Below the pieces are notes generated by a model that saw only the letters and a program-made list of their open reading frames with translations, did not search any database and was not told the DNA's origin. Source: a virus. Taken from it: DNA of 64,000 nucleotides. The stretch covers positions 1 through 64,000 of IMG/VR virus record IMGVR_UViG_3300046464_000709; one strand, given 5' to 3'. The stretch's first letter is position 1. Each line of letters starts with the position of its first letter. Of the stretch, positions 29,928 through 39,751 are shown piece after piece. The translations under genes were made by a program, and so were the position numbers.

Positions 29928-30686
29928 ATGATACCATTATTTAAAAGTCATTTTTCTATAGGAAAAAGCATACTAACCTTAGAAAGTCCAGATAAAGATA
30001 AAGAAGGTGGAAGCGATAGCATCTTCTCTATAGCTAAAGAAAATTCTCTAAAAGAAGTTGTCCTAGTAGAAGATTCCTTGACAGGTTTCCTTCAGGCCAA
30101 AAAAAATGCAGATAATTTAAACTTAAAACTGATCTTCGGCTTAAGGATAGACATGAGAGAAGATGCATCAATAGACCCAAAAGAGGAATCCGTCAAGACT
30201 GTTCATAAAATTATTATCTTCGCAAAAAACTCAAAAGGGTGCAAGCTATTAAATGCAATTTCAAGTGAAGCATTTACAAAAAATCACAAATGCGTAGACG
30301 ATAAAATTTTAAAAAAACACTGGAACAATAAAGACTTGCTATTAGCCATACCTTTTTACGATAGTTTTATATTTAACAACTTGATGAAATTCTCAAGCTG
30401 TACCCCAAATTTTTCTTTCTGCGAGCCAACTTTTTTTATAGAAGACAACGACTTGCCTTTTGATAATTTTATATCTAAAAAGGTAAAAGAGTATACCTCT
30501 AAGAAAAAAATAAAAACAGAACTAACAAAAAGCATTTATTACAAAAATAGATCAGACTCAGCTGCCCTTCAGACATACAAATGTATAACTGGCAGAACTT
30601 TCGGAAACAAAACATTATCAAAACCAAACCTAGACCATTTTGGAAGCAGTGAGTTTTGCTTTCAAAGCTGGAAAGAATCAAAATGA
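29928..30686 (+). CDS. Stand-alone degenerate PHP domain of DNA polymerase III alpha
   Basis: KSHFSIGKS, AKENSLKEVVLVEDSLTGF, KLIFGL, IIIFAKNSKGCKLL match the DnaE N-terminal PHP layout with metal ligands lost. Confidence 0.8.
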   Translation: MIPLFKSHFSIGKSILTLESPDKDKEGGSDSIFSIAKENSLKEVVLVEDSLTGFLQAKKNADNLNLKLIFGLRIDMREDASIDPKEESVKTVHKIIIFAKNSKGCKLLNAISSEAFTKNHKCVDDKILKKHWNNKDLLLAIPFYDSFIFNNLMKFSSCTPNFSFCEPTFFIEDNDLPFDNFISKKVKEYTSKKKIKTELTKSIYYKNRSDSAALQTYKCITGRTFGNKTLSKPNLDHFGSSEFCFQSWKESK

Positions 30687-31327
30687 AAGAATCACTACTT
30701 AGATTTCAAAAAAATAAAAAATACTTATTGTTTGACTACGAGACATGCAATCTGAATCTCGTTTCCCACAACAAGCCGTGGCAACTAGCCTTCTTGGTTA
30801 TAGAAGACAATAAAGTTGTAGAGTCAAAAGATTATTGGTTAAAATGGGACGAGCTCAACGTCTCGCCAGAAGCAGCAAAGATCACGGGGTTCACAAAAGC
30901 AAAGTACAGCAAAAAAGCTTCTTGCCCAAAAAAAGCCTTGGACCACTTAGAGAAATATTTGTATGATGACTCATACTTAAAAATCGGCCATAACTTGCTT
31001 GGCTTTGATGTCTACATGCACAATATTCACAGAAAGCTTATTAATCCAAAATTAAAGTCCGACTTTAGTTATACAGAAAACCTAGTAGATACTTTATGTT
31101 TAGCAAAAGCCTTAAAGAAAAGAATAAGGCTCGATAAAGACGATGATTTTTTGGCTTGGCAATATAGATTAAATCACTTAATAGAAAGAGGATTATCCTG
31201 CAACTTAAAGCAGTGCTGCAAGGATTTTGATATAGATTTTGACGAAAGTAAGCTGCATGACGCACTTTACGACATAAAAGTCAACTTCGAAGTTTTTAAA
31301 AAAATGATATGGGAGATAGAAATATAA
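30683..31327 (+). CDS. DEDDh 3'-5' exonuclease (DnaQ/epsilon-like)
   Basis: FDYET, GHNLLGFD, DTL, HDALYD; ATGA overlap with PHP gene. Confidence 0.88.
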   Translation: MKESLLRFQKNKKYLLFDYETCNLNLVSHNKPWQLAFLVIEDNKVVESKDYWLKWDELNVSPEAAKITGFTKAKYSKKASCPKKALDHLEKYLYDDSYLKIGHNLLGFDVYMHNIHRKLINPKLKSDFSYTENLVDTLCLAKALKKRIRLDKDDDFLAWQYRLNHLIERGLSCNLKQCCKDFDIDFDESKLHDALYDIKVNFEVFKKMIWEIEI

Positions 31328-33885
31328 TGAATTTTACAGAAAAATTTTCACACTATGAAGATTGTACTCCTCCTGGAGTCAGACTACCAAATATTAAGAT
31401 CGAAAAAAAATACTATAAAATGCTGGACGCAAGCCCAGGCATATCAAACTTCGACTTTTTAAGGAAACTGTGCCACAAGGGCGTATATGACCGAGGAATC
31501 GACTCGCGAGAGAACAAGCAGGATTACTTCGAGAGAGCAAAGCAAGAGTTAAGTATTTTAGAAGAGCTTGGGTTTATAGATTATATTCTTTTAAACTGGG
31601 ATATATTAAATTATTGCCACGAAAATGACATTCCAACAGGCCCAGGAAGAGGAAGTGCTGCAGGCTCTCTGGTTTTATATTTAATAGGAGTTACAAATGT
31701 TGACCCCGTAAAATATAATTTATTTTTCGAGAGATTTGTCTCCAAGAGTAGGGCGAGAAAAATAAATAAAGACGGAATTACATATCTAGACGGAAGCCTT
31801 TTGGCAGACGTAGATAATGATATCGCCTACGAGCGCCGAGCCGAGGTTATAAACTACATAGAACAAAAGCATCCAGGGAGAACAGCTAAAATTTTAACCC
31901 TGAACACGCTAAGCGGTAAATTGTGCATAAAAGAATGCGGTAAAATCGTGGGAGAATTCTCAGAGCAAGAAGTCAATGAAATAAGCAATACTATTCCCAA
32001 GAAATTTGGAGTCGTAGTTCCACTAAAATTAGCCCTAGAAGAGAGTGAAAAATTTGTTGACTGGTCTTCAAGCAACGCAGAAGTTTTTAACATAGCTTTG
32101 AAGCTCGAAGGCTTAAATAAAAACACTGGAGTCCATCCAAGCGGAATAGCGATTTGTTTTGATAAAATTACAGACATATGCCCAATCCAAACTTCCAATG
32201 ATGGAGCTTTAGTTACTGGGTACGATATGAATTGGGTTTCAGAGCTAATGGTTAAGTTTGATATTCTTGGACTAAGAACATTGAGTGTTATTTATGATGT
32301 GTGCAAGAGTTTAAATATTAATTGCTCAGATATAGATTTAAGTGACGAAAAAATATATGAGCCGCTTCAATCCCTGACCGCGCCACACGGATTGTTTCAG
32401 TTGGAATCTGATACAAACTTTAGGGTTTGCAAAAAAGTAAAACCAAGAAACCTTGAAGAGCTCAGCGCTGTAGTTGCAATAGGAAGACCTGGAGCTCTTG
32501 ACTTTCTTGGGGATTATTCAACCTACCGAGATACAGGAGAAGCTCAAGTAATTCATGAGTTTTTCACAGATATCCTGGAGTACACAGGAGGAATACCGTT
32601 ATATCAAGAACAATTAATGCAAATGGCAGTTAAGGTAGGATTTACTCTTGATGAGTCTGAGCAATTAAGGAGAATTGTCGGAAAAAAGAAAATAGACCAA
32701 ATGCCTGAATGGAAAGCTAAAATTGAAGACAAGGTTAAAGAAAAAGATTTACCAAGAGAAGTTGGCGATATCCTGTGGAGAGTTGCAGAAGATAGTGCAA
32801 ATTACTCTTTTAACAAGTCTCACTCAATCAGCTATTCGGTTTTGGCTGCATGGACGACACACTTAAAGTTTAAGCACCCCCAGCAATTTTTTCTCTCTCT
32901 ATTGAAGATGACAAAATATGAACCCGCGCCTCAAGAAGAAATATCAAAAGTCTCTAAAGAGCTTTCTAGGTTTGGTTTAAAATTATTATCGCCGGACCTC
33001 GCAAAATCTGGAATGGATTTTTCCATAGAGGGCAAAAATATAAGATTTGGACTTAACAGTATAAAAGGAGTTAGTGAAAAGTCTCTAAAATCTCTTAAAG
33101 ATTTTAGGTCAAGCGATACACCAACGAAGTATGATATATTCTTAGCCGCAAAACAGGCAGGATTAAATATTGGAGTGTTAAGCGCATTGATTCAAGCGGG
33201 AGCGCTTGAAAGTAAAGGCTCGAACAGATCGCTCATGGTGCTAGAAGCTCAGGCATTCAATCAATTGACAGATAGAGAAAAAAGAAATTTTATATTGCTC
33301 GGAGAAGAATATAAATTCAAACTCTTAAATTGCATAGCTGATGCAAAAAAGGGTGAACTAGTAGGAGATGACGGAAAACCATTAATGAAGGAATCGAGAT
33401 TTCAAACCTTTAAAAAAAAGTATGATGTATATAAATCAATCTATGATAAAAATAAAGAATACGAAGATTTCGCTAACTGGTATTTTGAAACAGAGCTCCT
33501 CGGCTATAGTCATAGCTCTAATCTAAAAAGTTGCTTTGTGGATAGTTACAACTCTTTAAAAGATTCTAGAGACTTAAGAGTTATGGATTCAGATGAAAAA
33601 GGAAAATTCATAGGCGTCGTAGAAGATTGCATAAAAAGAACCTCAAGAAACGGAAATAAATATATGAAGCTTTCAATAGCGGATGAGTTTGGAAGATACG
33701 ACGCAATGCTTTTAAATTCAAGAAGAGGGAATTTTTATGACAGATATTTTGATTCAAAAAATAAAACCCCGCTTAAAAAGAGCATAGTTGTGGCCTTTGG
33801 AAGGAAAGGAGAAGATATAGTCTTCCTTGATTCGTTAAATATAATGAATGAAAAGATATATATGAAAATGTCGGACGTTAAATAA
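31327..33885 (+). CDS. dnaE: DNA polymerase III alpha catalytic core (no PHP domain)
   Basis: GPGRGSAAGSLV, LFFERF, ADVDND, GVHPSG, KFDILGL, YQEQLM, YSFNKSH, C-terminal OB fold; TAATG overlap. Confidence 0.92.
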   Translation: MNFTEKFSHYEDCTPPGVRLPNIKIEKKYYKMLDASPGISNFDFLRKLCHKGVYDRGIDSRENKQDYFERAKQELSILEELGFIDYILLNWDILNYCHENDIPTGPGRGSAAGSLVLYLIGVTNVDPVKYNLFFERFVSKSRARKINKDGITYLDGSLLADVDNDIAYERRAEVINYIEQKHPGRTAKILTLNTLSGKLCIKECGKIVGEFSEQEVNEISNTIPKKFGVVVPLKLALEESEKFVDWSSSNAEVFNIALKLEGLNKNTGVHPSGIAICFDKITDICPIQTSNDGALVTGYDMNWVSELMVKFDILGLRTLSVIYDVCKSLNINCSDIDLSDEKIYEPLQSLTAPHGLFQLESDTNFRVCKKVKPRNLEELSAVVAIGRPGALDFLGDYSTYRDTGEAQVIHEFFTDILEYTGGIPLYQEQLMQMAVKVGFTLDESEQLRRIVGKKKIDQMPEWKAKIEDKVKEKDLPREVGDILWRVAEDSANYSFNKSHSISYSVLAAWTTHLKFKHPQQFFLSLLKMTKYEPAPQEEISKVSKELSRFGLKLLSPDLAKSGMDFSIEGKNIRFGLNSIKGVSEKSLKSLKDFRSSDTPTKYDIFLAAKQAGLNIGVLSALIQAGALESKGSNRSLMVLEAQAFNQLTDREKRNFILLGEEYKFKLLNCIADAKKGELVGDDGKPLMKESRFQTFKKKYDVYKSIYDKNKEYEDFANWYFETELLGYSHSSNLKSCFVDSYNSLKDSRDLRVMDSDEKGKFIGVVEDCIKRTSRNGNKYMKLSIADEFGRYDAMLLNSRRGNFYDRYFDSKNKTPLKKSIVVAFGRKGEDIVFLDSLNIMNEKIYMKMSDVK

Positions 33886-33907
33886 TTTAGAGTGTAAATC
33901 AATGAAG

Positions 33908-36388
33908 ATGACGCCAAAACCAAACTTTACGCCGCGAGCACAACAGGCAATTAATGAAGCTAAAAAAGTTGCCCAAAAGTACGGAAATGAGTATGTGACC
34001 CTAGATCATTTATTTTTCGGAATGGTCAGCCTGAACGCTGGAATTCTTAGCGAGATACTATTTTTATTACAAATTGATGACGAAAAACTAAAAGAAAAAA
34101 TAGAAAAATCTCTGTACATTGTTTCAGAAAACGAAAGCATTCAGTCTTTTTCGCCGGAGGATATAGACTCAGTGTACGACGAACACTTTCACTTAGTGCT
34201 AAAAGTATCAGCTTCTATAGCCGAGAAGCTAGGACATGAATATGTCGGAATAGAGCATATACTACTAGCTTTATTGAAGTACGAAGAATCTAATATATCC
34301 GAATACTTTGAATCATTTAACGCTTCAGAAAATGATATAATATCTCAAGTAAGAGAATATCTTCATATATCAAAAGACTCCGCTGCAGAAAGACACAAAA
34401 AAACAAGACCTATAAAAACCAAAATAGCCCCAAAAGAACCAAAAATTCAAAACCTAGAAAAATTTGCAACAAACTTAAACGCAATGGCTTTGCAGGGAAA
34501 GTTCGATAGTATTATAGGGAAAGAGTCTGAGATATATGACGTATGTGAAATACTTTGCAGGAGAACAAAAAATAATCCCGTACTATTAGGAGAGCCTGGG
34601 GTGGGGAAAACAGCCATAGTTGAAGGGTTAGCGCAGAATATAACGAAAGGAGAATGTTCTGATTTTCTTATTAGTAAAATTATATATTCCTTGGACCTAG
34701 GATCCCTTATAGCTGGAACTAAATACAGGGGGCAGTTTGAAGAAAGGTTGAAATTAATCATTGAAGAAGTGAAAAAGAATAAAGATATTATTCTTTTTGT
34801 TGATGAAATTCATACCTTAGTTGGGGCGGGAAGTGCAGAAGGAAGTATGGATGCCGCGAATTTACTAAAGCCCTTGCTCGCAAGAGGAGAAATAAAGTGC
34901 ATAGGAGCCACTACGCAAGATGAATACAAGAAATCAATATTAAAAGACGGAGCTCTAGACAGAAGATTTCAAGCTGTAAAGGTCATCGAGCCAACAAAAG
35001 AAGAAGCCAGGGAAATAATAAAAGGAATCAAGCATAAATACGAAGAATTTCATAGTATTCATTACCCAGAAGAGGTGTTAGATTTAGTGATAGACTTGAC
35101 CTCTAGATATGTACTCGACAAACAATTCCCAGATAAAGCAATAGATATACTCGATCAAGCTGGATCAAAAGTTAAAATAAAAAATATCGAAAGACCTCAG
35201 GCTGCAAAAGATATTGAACAGAGGTTAGAAGACCTAGCTTTAAAAGAATCAAGCTTAAGTTCTGAAGATTTTAGCTCTCACTACTCGATACTGCAAGACG
35301 AACAGCTTGATTTGCTAGAAAAGTATGACGAGATTATATCCAAATGGGCGAAGAAAACAATGAAGTATAAAATATCTGTAAAGAAAAAAGATATATATGA
35401 GGTAGTATCCTCTCGAACCGGAGTCCCTATTTCAGATATCTCAAAGAAAGATTCAGAAAAAATGCTCGGGCTATTCAACAAACTAAATAAAAAAATCGTA
35501 GGTCAGAGAGAAGCGCTGCAAGAAATTTCAGAATGCATACTTAGATCCAAGTCAGGACTTCAAGACAGCAACAAGCCAGTAGGAAGCTTTCTTCTTGTTG
35601 GAGCCAGCGGAACCGGAAAAACTTATACCGCAAAGTGTATAGCGGAATTTATATACGGAGATAAAAATAAGCTTATACAAATAGATATGAGTGAATTTTC
35701 TGAAAAAATATCGGCAAGTAGGCTAATTGGCGCGTCTCCAGGATATGTCGGCTATGAAGAAGGAGGAGAGTTGACAGAGAAAGTCAGAAGAAATCCTTAC
35801 AGCGTTGTTCTATTTGACGAAGTCGAAAAGGCTCACCCAGAAGTTTTAAACATATTACTGCAAATTTTAGAAGAAGGATCGGTAACAGATAACTCGGGAA
35901 GAAAAATCAACTTCGCTAATTGCACAATTATATTAACAGGTAATATTGGTAGTGAAAAAGTCGCAAAACCATATATCGGGTTTGGAGAAAAATCGAGCCC
36001 CACGAAAGACATGGAAAAGCTTAAAGAAGAACTAAAGACTTTCTTTAGGCCTGAATTCCTAAATAGATTAAATGAGATAATTTTATTTAAAAACTTCTCC
36101 ACAAAGGATATTCAAGACATAACCAAAATAGAAATCAATCACTTATCAAGCAAACTTTCTTGCAAGAAAATAAAGCTTTCTATTACCCCTAAGGTATGCA
36201 AACTTATAGCAGAGAAAGCTGAAGAAGAAAAAATGGGAGCAAGACCAATAAAAAGATTAATTCAGAAGAATATAGAAAATAAACTATCTAAACTAATTTT
36301 AAGTAAAGAATTAAAAGAAAATCAAGAAATAAAATTTTCAGTCTTGAAAGATTCTATTGTATATAATATTACGGAAGGATTGGCTTAA
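33908..36388 (+). CDS. clpC: ClpC/ClpA-like AAA+ chaperone
   Basis: Two Clp-N repeats, GEPGVGKT, FVDEIH, GASGTGKT, LFDEVEKAHP, IGF loop; start 33908 (11 nt after GTGTA) or 33902. Confidence 0.9.
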   Translation: MTPKPNFTPRAQQAINEAKKVAQKYGNEYVTLDHLFFGMVSLNAGILSEILFLLQIDDEKLKEKIEKSLYIVSENESIQSFSPEDIDSVYDEHFHLVLKVSASIAEKLGHEYVGIEHILLALLKYEESNISEYFESFNASENDIISQVREYLHISKDSAAERHKKTRPIKTKIAPKEPKIQNLEKFATNLNAMALQGKFDSIIGKESEIYDVCEILCRRTKNNPVLLGEPGVGKTAIVEGLAQNITKGECSDFLISKIIYSLDLGSLIAGTKYRGQFEERLKLIIEEVKKNKDIILFVDEIHTLVGAGSAEGSMDAANLLKPLLARGEIKCIGATTQDEYKKSILKDGALDRRFQAVKVIEPTKEEAREIIKGIKHKYEEFHSIHYPEEVLDLVIDLTSRYVLDKQFPDKAIDILDQAGSKVKIKNIERPQAAKDIEQRLEDLALKESSLSSEDFSSHYSILQDEQLDLLEKYDEIISKWAKKTMKYKISVKKKDIYEVVSSRTGVPISDISKKDSEKMLGLFNKLNKKIVGQREALQEISECILRSKSGLQDSNKPVGSFLLVGASGTGKTYTAKCIAEFIYGDKNKLIQIDMSEFSEKISASRLIGASPGYVGYEEGGELTEKVRRNPYSVVLFDEVEKAHPEVLNILLQILEEGSVTDNSGRKINFANCTIILTGNIGSEKVAKPYIGFGEKSSPTKDMEKLKEELKTFFRPEFLNRLNEIILFKNFSTKDIQDITKIEINHLSSKLSCKKIKLSITPKVCKLIAEKAEEEKMGARPIKRLIQKNIENKLSKLILSKELKENQEIKFSVLKDSIVYNITEGLA

Positions 36389-36863
36389 CAGGGTCAGGTA
36401 GCTCTGGTTCCTTAACCTCCATGGGGTCTTCAAATTTTTCTCCTGGATTCTGTTGGTCGGCGGAGTCTTTTTGATTATCATTATAAATTGACATGCAAGC
36501 TCCAAAACGATCGGCCTGAACAGGATACCTCTTTTTCATGTTGGCATCAAGTATACAACGCGTAACAAATTGATCTCCCCCTTCTTGAGCTACAGGAACT
36601 GGAAACCTTTTATCTTGATTGGATAAGAAATTATTCTTTTCATTCTCAGGAGTTTCTTCTTTTTTATTGGGAAATATTTCCTCGTATTCAATAAATCGCA
36701 TAGCTTCGTCAATTAATTCGTAAGCTTGAGTTATATTTTTCTTTACCCAATCGTCGAGAGAAGGCTTTTCCTTCAAAGACTCATACATGATTCTTGCTTT
36801 TTTCCAAATATGAAATAATTCGGATTTCACTTTTTTAGTGTCATTTTCAGATAATTCGCTCAT
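36369..36863 (-). CDS. Conserved phage hypothetical protein
   Basis: LDDWVKKNITQA and PVP..EGGDQFVTRC..RFGAC modules; GTGTA 9 nt upstream. Confidence 0.65.
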   Translation of the reverse strand: MSELSENDTKKVKSELFHIWKKARIMYESLKEKPSLDDWVKKNITQAYELIDEAMRFIEYEEIFPNKKEETPENEKNNFLSNQDKRFPVPVAQEGGDQFVTRCILDANMKKRYPVQADRFGACMSIYNDNQKDSADQQNPGEKFEDPMEVKEPELPDPVKPILP

Positions 36864-36880
36864 AATTACATTTACACCTA

Positions 36881-37399
36881 TTAATTAGAATATTCGTCAA
36901 GGCTTGATCCTTGATTAGTTGAAGGAGAGTCCTTGCCTACTACTTGACTTGGCTTGGCGCCATACAAGTTATATGCATAAACAAGGTCTTTGATTCTTTC
37001 TTGAGATTTAGCATATGCGTCAAGATACGATTTAGCAGTAACATTTTTATTGGTTCTTTGAATCATAGAGTCTCCCTCTCGGATTACCTGAAAGTCAGAA
37101 TCTCCATTGCTGCCATCTATCCCCCTAAGAACTCTCCTGTGGGCCTTCCTGTTATATTCAGAGATATACATCTCTTTAAGTATTGACTGTTCCTCCAGAT
37201 TTAAACCTTCGGGGCTTTCTCCGCTAAAGCAAGTAAATATTAAATTGTTTAGCTCGCCCAAATGACCTTCTAGCCAACCAGATATTAAACCTACTTCTGC
37301 GTTTCTAACTTCCCCATGAGAATGAAATCCAATCTCTTGGTCGTAGATATTTACAGCCAATTTGCCTAGGTTTGTATCTGGGAACAGATCGTGTGCCAT
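36881..37399 (-). CDS. Putative head-completion/virion protein
   Basis: 172 aa, downstream of capsid gene; function from position only. Confidence 0.5.
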   Translation of the reverse strand: MAHDLFPDTNLGKLAVNIYDQEIGFHSHGEVRNAEVGLISGWLEGHLGELNNLIFTCFSGESPEGLNLEEQSILKEMYISEYNRKAHRRVLRGIDGSNGDSDFQVIREGDSMIQRTNKNVTAKSYLDAYAKSQERIKDLVYAYNLYGAKPSQVVGKDSPSTNQGSSLDEYSN

Positions 37400-37400
37400 T

Positions 37401-37820
37401 TTAATTATTCAAGAAATCTATAACCTTTGAATGCTGTGGGTTAGAAGGGTCAAGCTTAACTGGTTCTCCCATAACTTGAACACTACCTTTTCCGTGAAGG
37501 CTAGAATCAAATGCTCTTTTTATTTTATTTTTTAATACCGTTTTATTTCCAGAAGGGAAAACTCCAACTTTCACAGCAAAGGATTGAAGATCTGTAAGAT
37601 TCATGTCTTGCAACATGTCAGCGAATACGCGTTTATCATTTGTCTTGAATGGATTGATCTTTGCAATCCCTAAAATGTCCTCAAGTTCGCGTGCCTTAGC
37701 GACTTGATCTTCATAGCTTTTACCGTTTGTTTGTTGAAGATTGTCAAGTTTACTTTTCTTTTCTGTAGAAGTTTTTTTCGAAGAAGTAGACCTGCTCGAT
37801 TTTGTTTTTTTGTTTGCCAT
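37401..37820 (-). CDS. Hypothetical head-associated protein
   Basis: 139 aa immediately after major capsid gene; SD and GTGTA upstream. Confidence 0.55.
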   Translation of the reverse strand: MANKKTKSSRSTSSKKTSTEKKSKLDNLQQTNGKSYEDQVAKARELEDILGIAKINPFKTNDKRVFADMLQDMNLTDLQSFAVKVGVFPSGNKTVLKNKIKRAFDSSLHGKGSVQVMGEPVKLDPSNPQHSKVIDFLNN

Positions 37821-37877
37821 AATTTATACCTTTTTCCTTATAGGGTTATACACTAATATATAGTAAATTGATAAAAT

Positions 37878-37907
37878 AAAAAATCCACCCCAGTTTCCTG
37901 AGGTGGA
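37878..37907 (-). terminator. Intrinsic terminator after capsid gene
   Basis: Minus strand TCCACCTCAG-GAAA-CTGGGGTGGA followed by T run. Confidence 0.85.
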
Positions 37908-37935
37908 CATTTTATAAAACGTTAATTTGTTTAAA

Positions 37936-39084
37936 TTAAACGATAAGACCAAGTAACACACGGTCATCGATGATCATTCGGCCTTCTTCAATAGAGCCAT
38001 AATAACCAATCTTTGATTGACGTGTTACAAATTGATCGTCGGATACAAGACTAAACTCATCTCCGGACTCGGAATCGGTAGCTACTGCACGAATCATTGA
38101 TTCACGACTAAGGTCGACACCAACAAGAATTTGTTCTTTGTCTGTACCTCCGTCAAACACTTTTGGAGTAGATGTTCCGCTAGCGTAGTGATCAGCATAC
38201 TGTGTGGTGTCTGCAGCGACGTCAAATACGTCGTTCCATTTTTGACCAGCGCCCATTTCGTTATATTCCTGAATGGATACGCCATAGAACTCAGGAATGC
38301 CAGCGCTATTAAAAATAGCGTCACGCATACTGTCTGTTCCTGCAATGCCATCTCCACCAGTAGGTGCGCCACCAGCGCCTCCACGACTATTAATCGGATT
38401 GTAAGCTAGCCCACGAATTTCTTCTACAATTTCAGGAGAAACAAGAAGATCTGTAATTCCACGTCCACGACGCTCAGCAGGAGTTCCTCCGGTCCAAGAA
38501 GTATTAATTCTTTTCGCTTTGGTGAACAACTTGTTAAGGTCGGAAAGTAAGAACCGTCCTGATTGAGCAGAACGCATAACGTGTTTTTCGCTATTTGTTG
38601 TAGCGCTAGCCAATGCAGTCATGATCATGCTGGCAGAAGTTTTCTCTTGCTTGAGAAGAATTTCTTGAGCCATGCGTGTGAATGTCTTGCTGACTACATC
38701 AAGTCTAGAACGAGAAGCATAACGCTTGTCGAAACTCAATGCGCTATCGAGAGTATAAGTTGTGAACTTAAGCTCGCTTTGTGATGGAGCGACTTGGTTG
38801 GTAGGAAGTCCGCCAGGAACTGATTGACTCCAAACTTGAATGTAATCTTCGTCAGTCATATCGTGATAAAGATCCAATGGAATACTTGGACTCTCTTCGC
38901 TGTTAAACTGAAGACTAGTAAACATGTTACTTACAGTAGGAGCTGTGTTAACAACTTCTGCTAAAACTGGACCAATAAATTCAGCCAATGCAGTTTGAGC
39001 TTCGTAAGCTACGTCTCTATTCTTTGAAGCCATAGCTTTAATAAGCTCGACTTGCTCGGGTGTTCTATCTAAAGTAATTTTCAT
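37936..39084 (-). CDS. Major capsid protein
   Basis: 382 aa, last in terminase-protease-decoration-capsid order; AAAGGA SD, own terminator, HK97-like features (ITDLLVSPE; IGYYGSIEEG). Confidence 0.8.
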   Translation of the reverse strand: MKITLDRTPEQVELIKAMASKNRDVAYEAQTALAEFIGPVLAEVVNTAPTVSNMFTSLQFNSEESPSIPLDLYHDMTDEDYIQVWSQSVPGGLPTNQVAPSQSELKFTTYTLDSALSFDKRYASRSRLDVVSKTFTRMAQEILLKQEKTSASMIMTALASATTNSEKHVMRSAQSGRFLLSDLNKLFTKAKRINTSWTGGTPAERRGRGITDLLVSPEIVEEIRGLAYNPINSRGGAGGAPTGGDGIAGTDSMRDAIFNSAGIPEFYGVSIQEYNEMGAGQKWNDVFDVAADTTQYADHYASGTSTPKVFDGGTDKEQILVGVDLSRESMIRAVATDSESGDEFSLVSDDQFVTRQSKIGYYGSIEEGRMIIDDRVLLGLIV

Positions 39085-39102
39085 TTTTTTAAATTTCCTT
39101 TC

Positions 39103-39732
39103 TTAGAAGCTGACTTTGCAGAGATATTTCTTAGTTGTATTATCATCGCTTTCTTCTCCGATTGCGATAACAGTTCCAACTGCTGCACCAGAACTCTTCA
39201 CAGTAAGCTTTCCTCCGGTTGCGACTTCAAGTTCATCTCCAAGTGCGACAGTGCCACTTATAGCTCCTGCAGCGAGAAGAACGAGACCCTTTGTCAAAAC
39301 AGGAACTGTTTGACCAGGAAGAACTCCTTGAGCTTCATCAAGTTTTTGTTTGTAATAGAGCATTTTCTCTCCATTCTCGTCGAAAGCCAAGGTTTCACGT
39401 AATGTGATTCCAAGTCCACGACTGCCAGCAGCAGCAGGAGCAACGGTCATACCTGTGTTAGCGGGGTATCCGTTGAATCCAATATGCGCTCCGCTAAAAC
39501 TAGCGCCTAGATAGCCTCGGAGGGCATCGCTAGATTCAGCACGCAATTCGGAAACCTCACCAGGTAGAGCTCCCGCACTTACAGAAACGACAACGCCTGC
39601 ATCGAAATCTCCTGATCCATTAGAAACCATTCCAGCCAACGTTGTAGCTGTTGCGGATGATAAATCAAGAGAAAACAAATTAACAACATCGTGTTCACTG
39701 TAGTCTCGGTATGGTAGTATTCTTTTTGCCAT
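39103..39732 (-). CDS. Head decoration/cement protein
   Basis: 209 aa, G/A/V-rich (GQTVPVLTKG, AVGTVIA), between protease and capsid. Confidence 0.65.
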   Translation of the reverse strand: MAKRILPYRDYSEHDVVNLFSLDLSSATATTLAGMVSNGSGDFDAGVVVSVSAGALPGEVSELRAESSDALRGYLGASFSGAHIGFNGYPANTGMTVAPAAAGSRGLGITLRETLAFDENGEKMLYYKQKLDEAQGVLPGQTVPVLTKGLVLLAAGAISGTVALGDELEVATGGKLTVKSSGAAVGTVIAIGEESDDNTTKKYLCKVSF

Positions 39733-39751
39733 AATTTTTTTCTTCTATTTT

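Noticed and set aside
29928-33885. Split intein or pseudogenised dnaE
   Set aside because: No intein terminal motifs; clean ATGA/TAATG overlaps and intact catalytic motifs indicate separate functional genes
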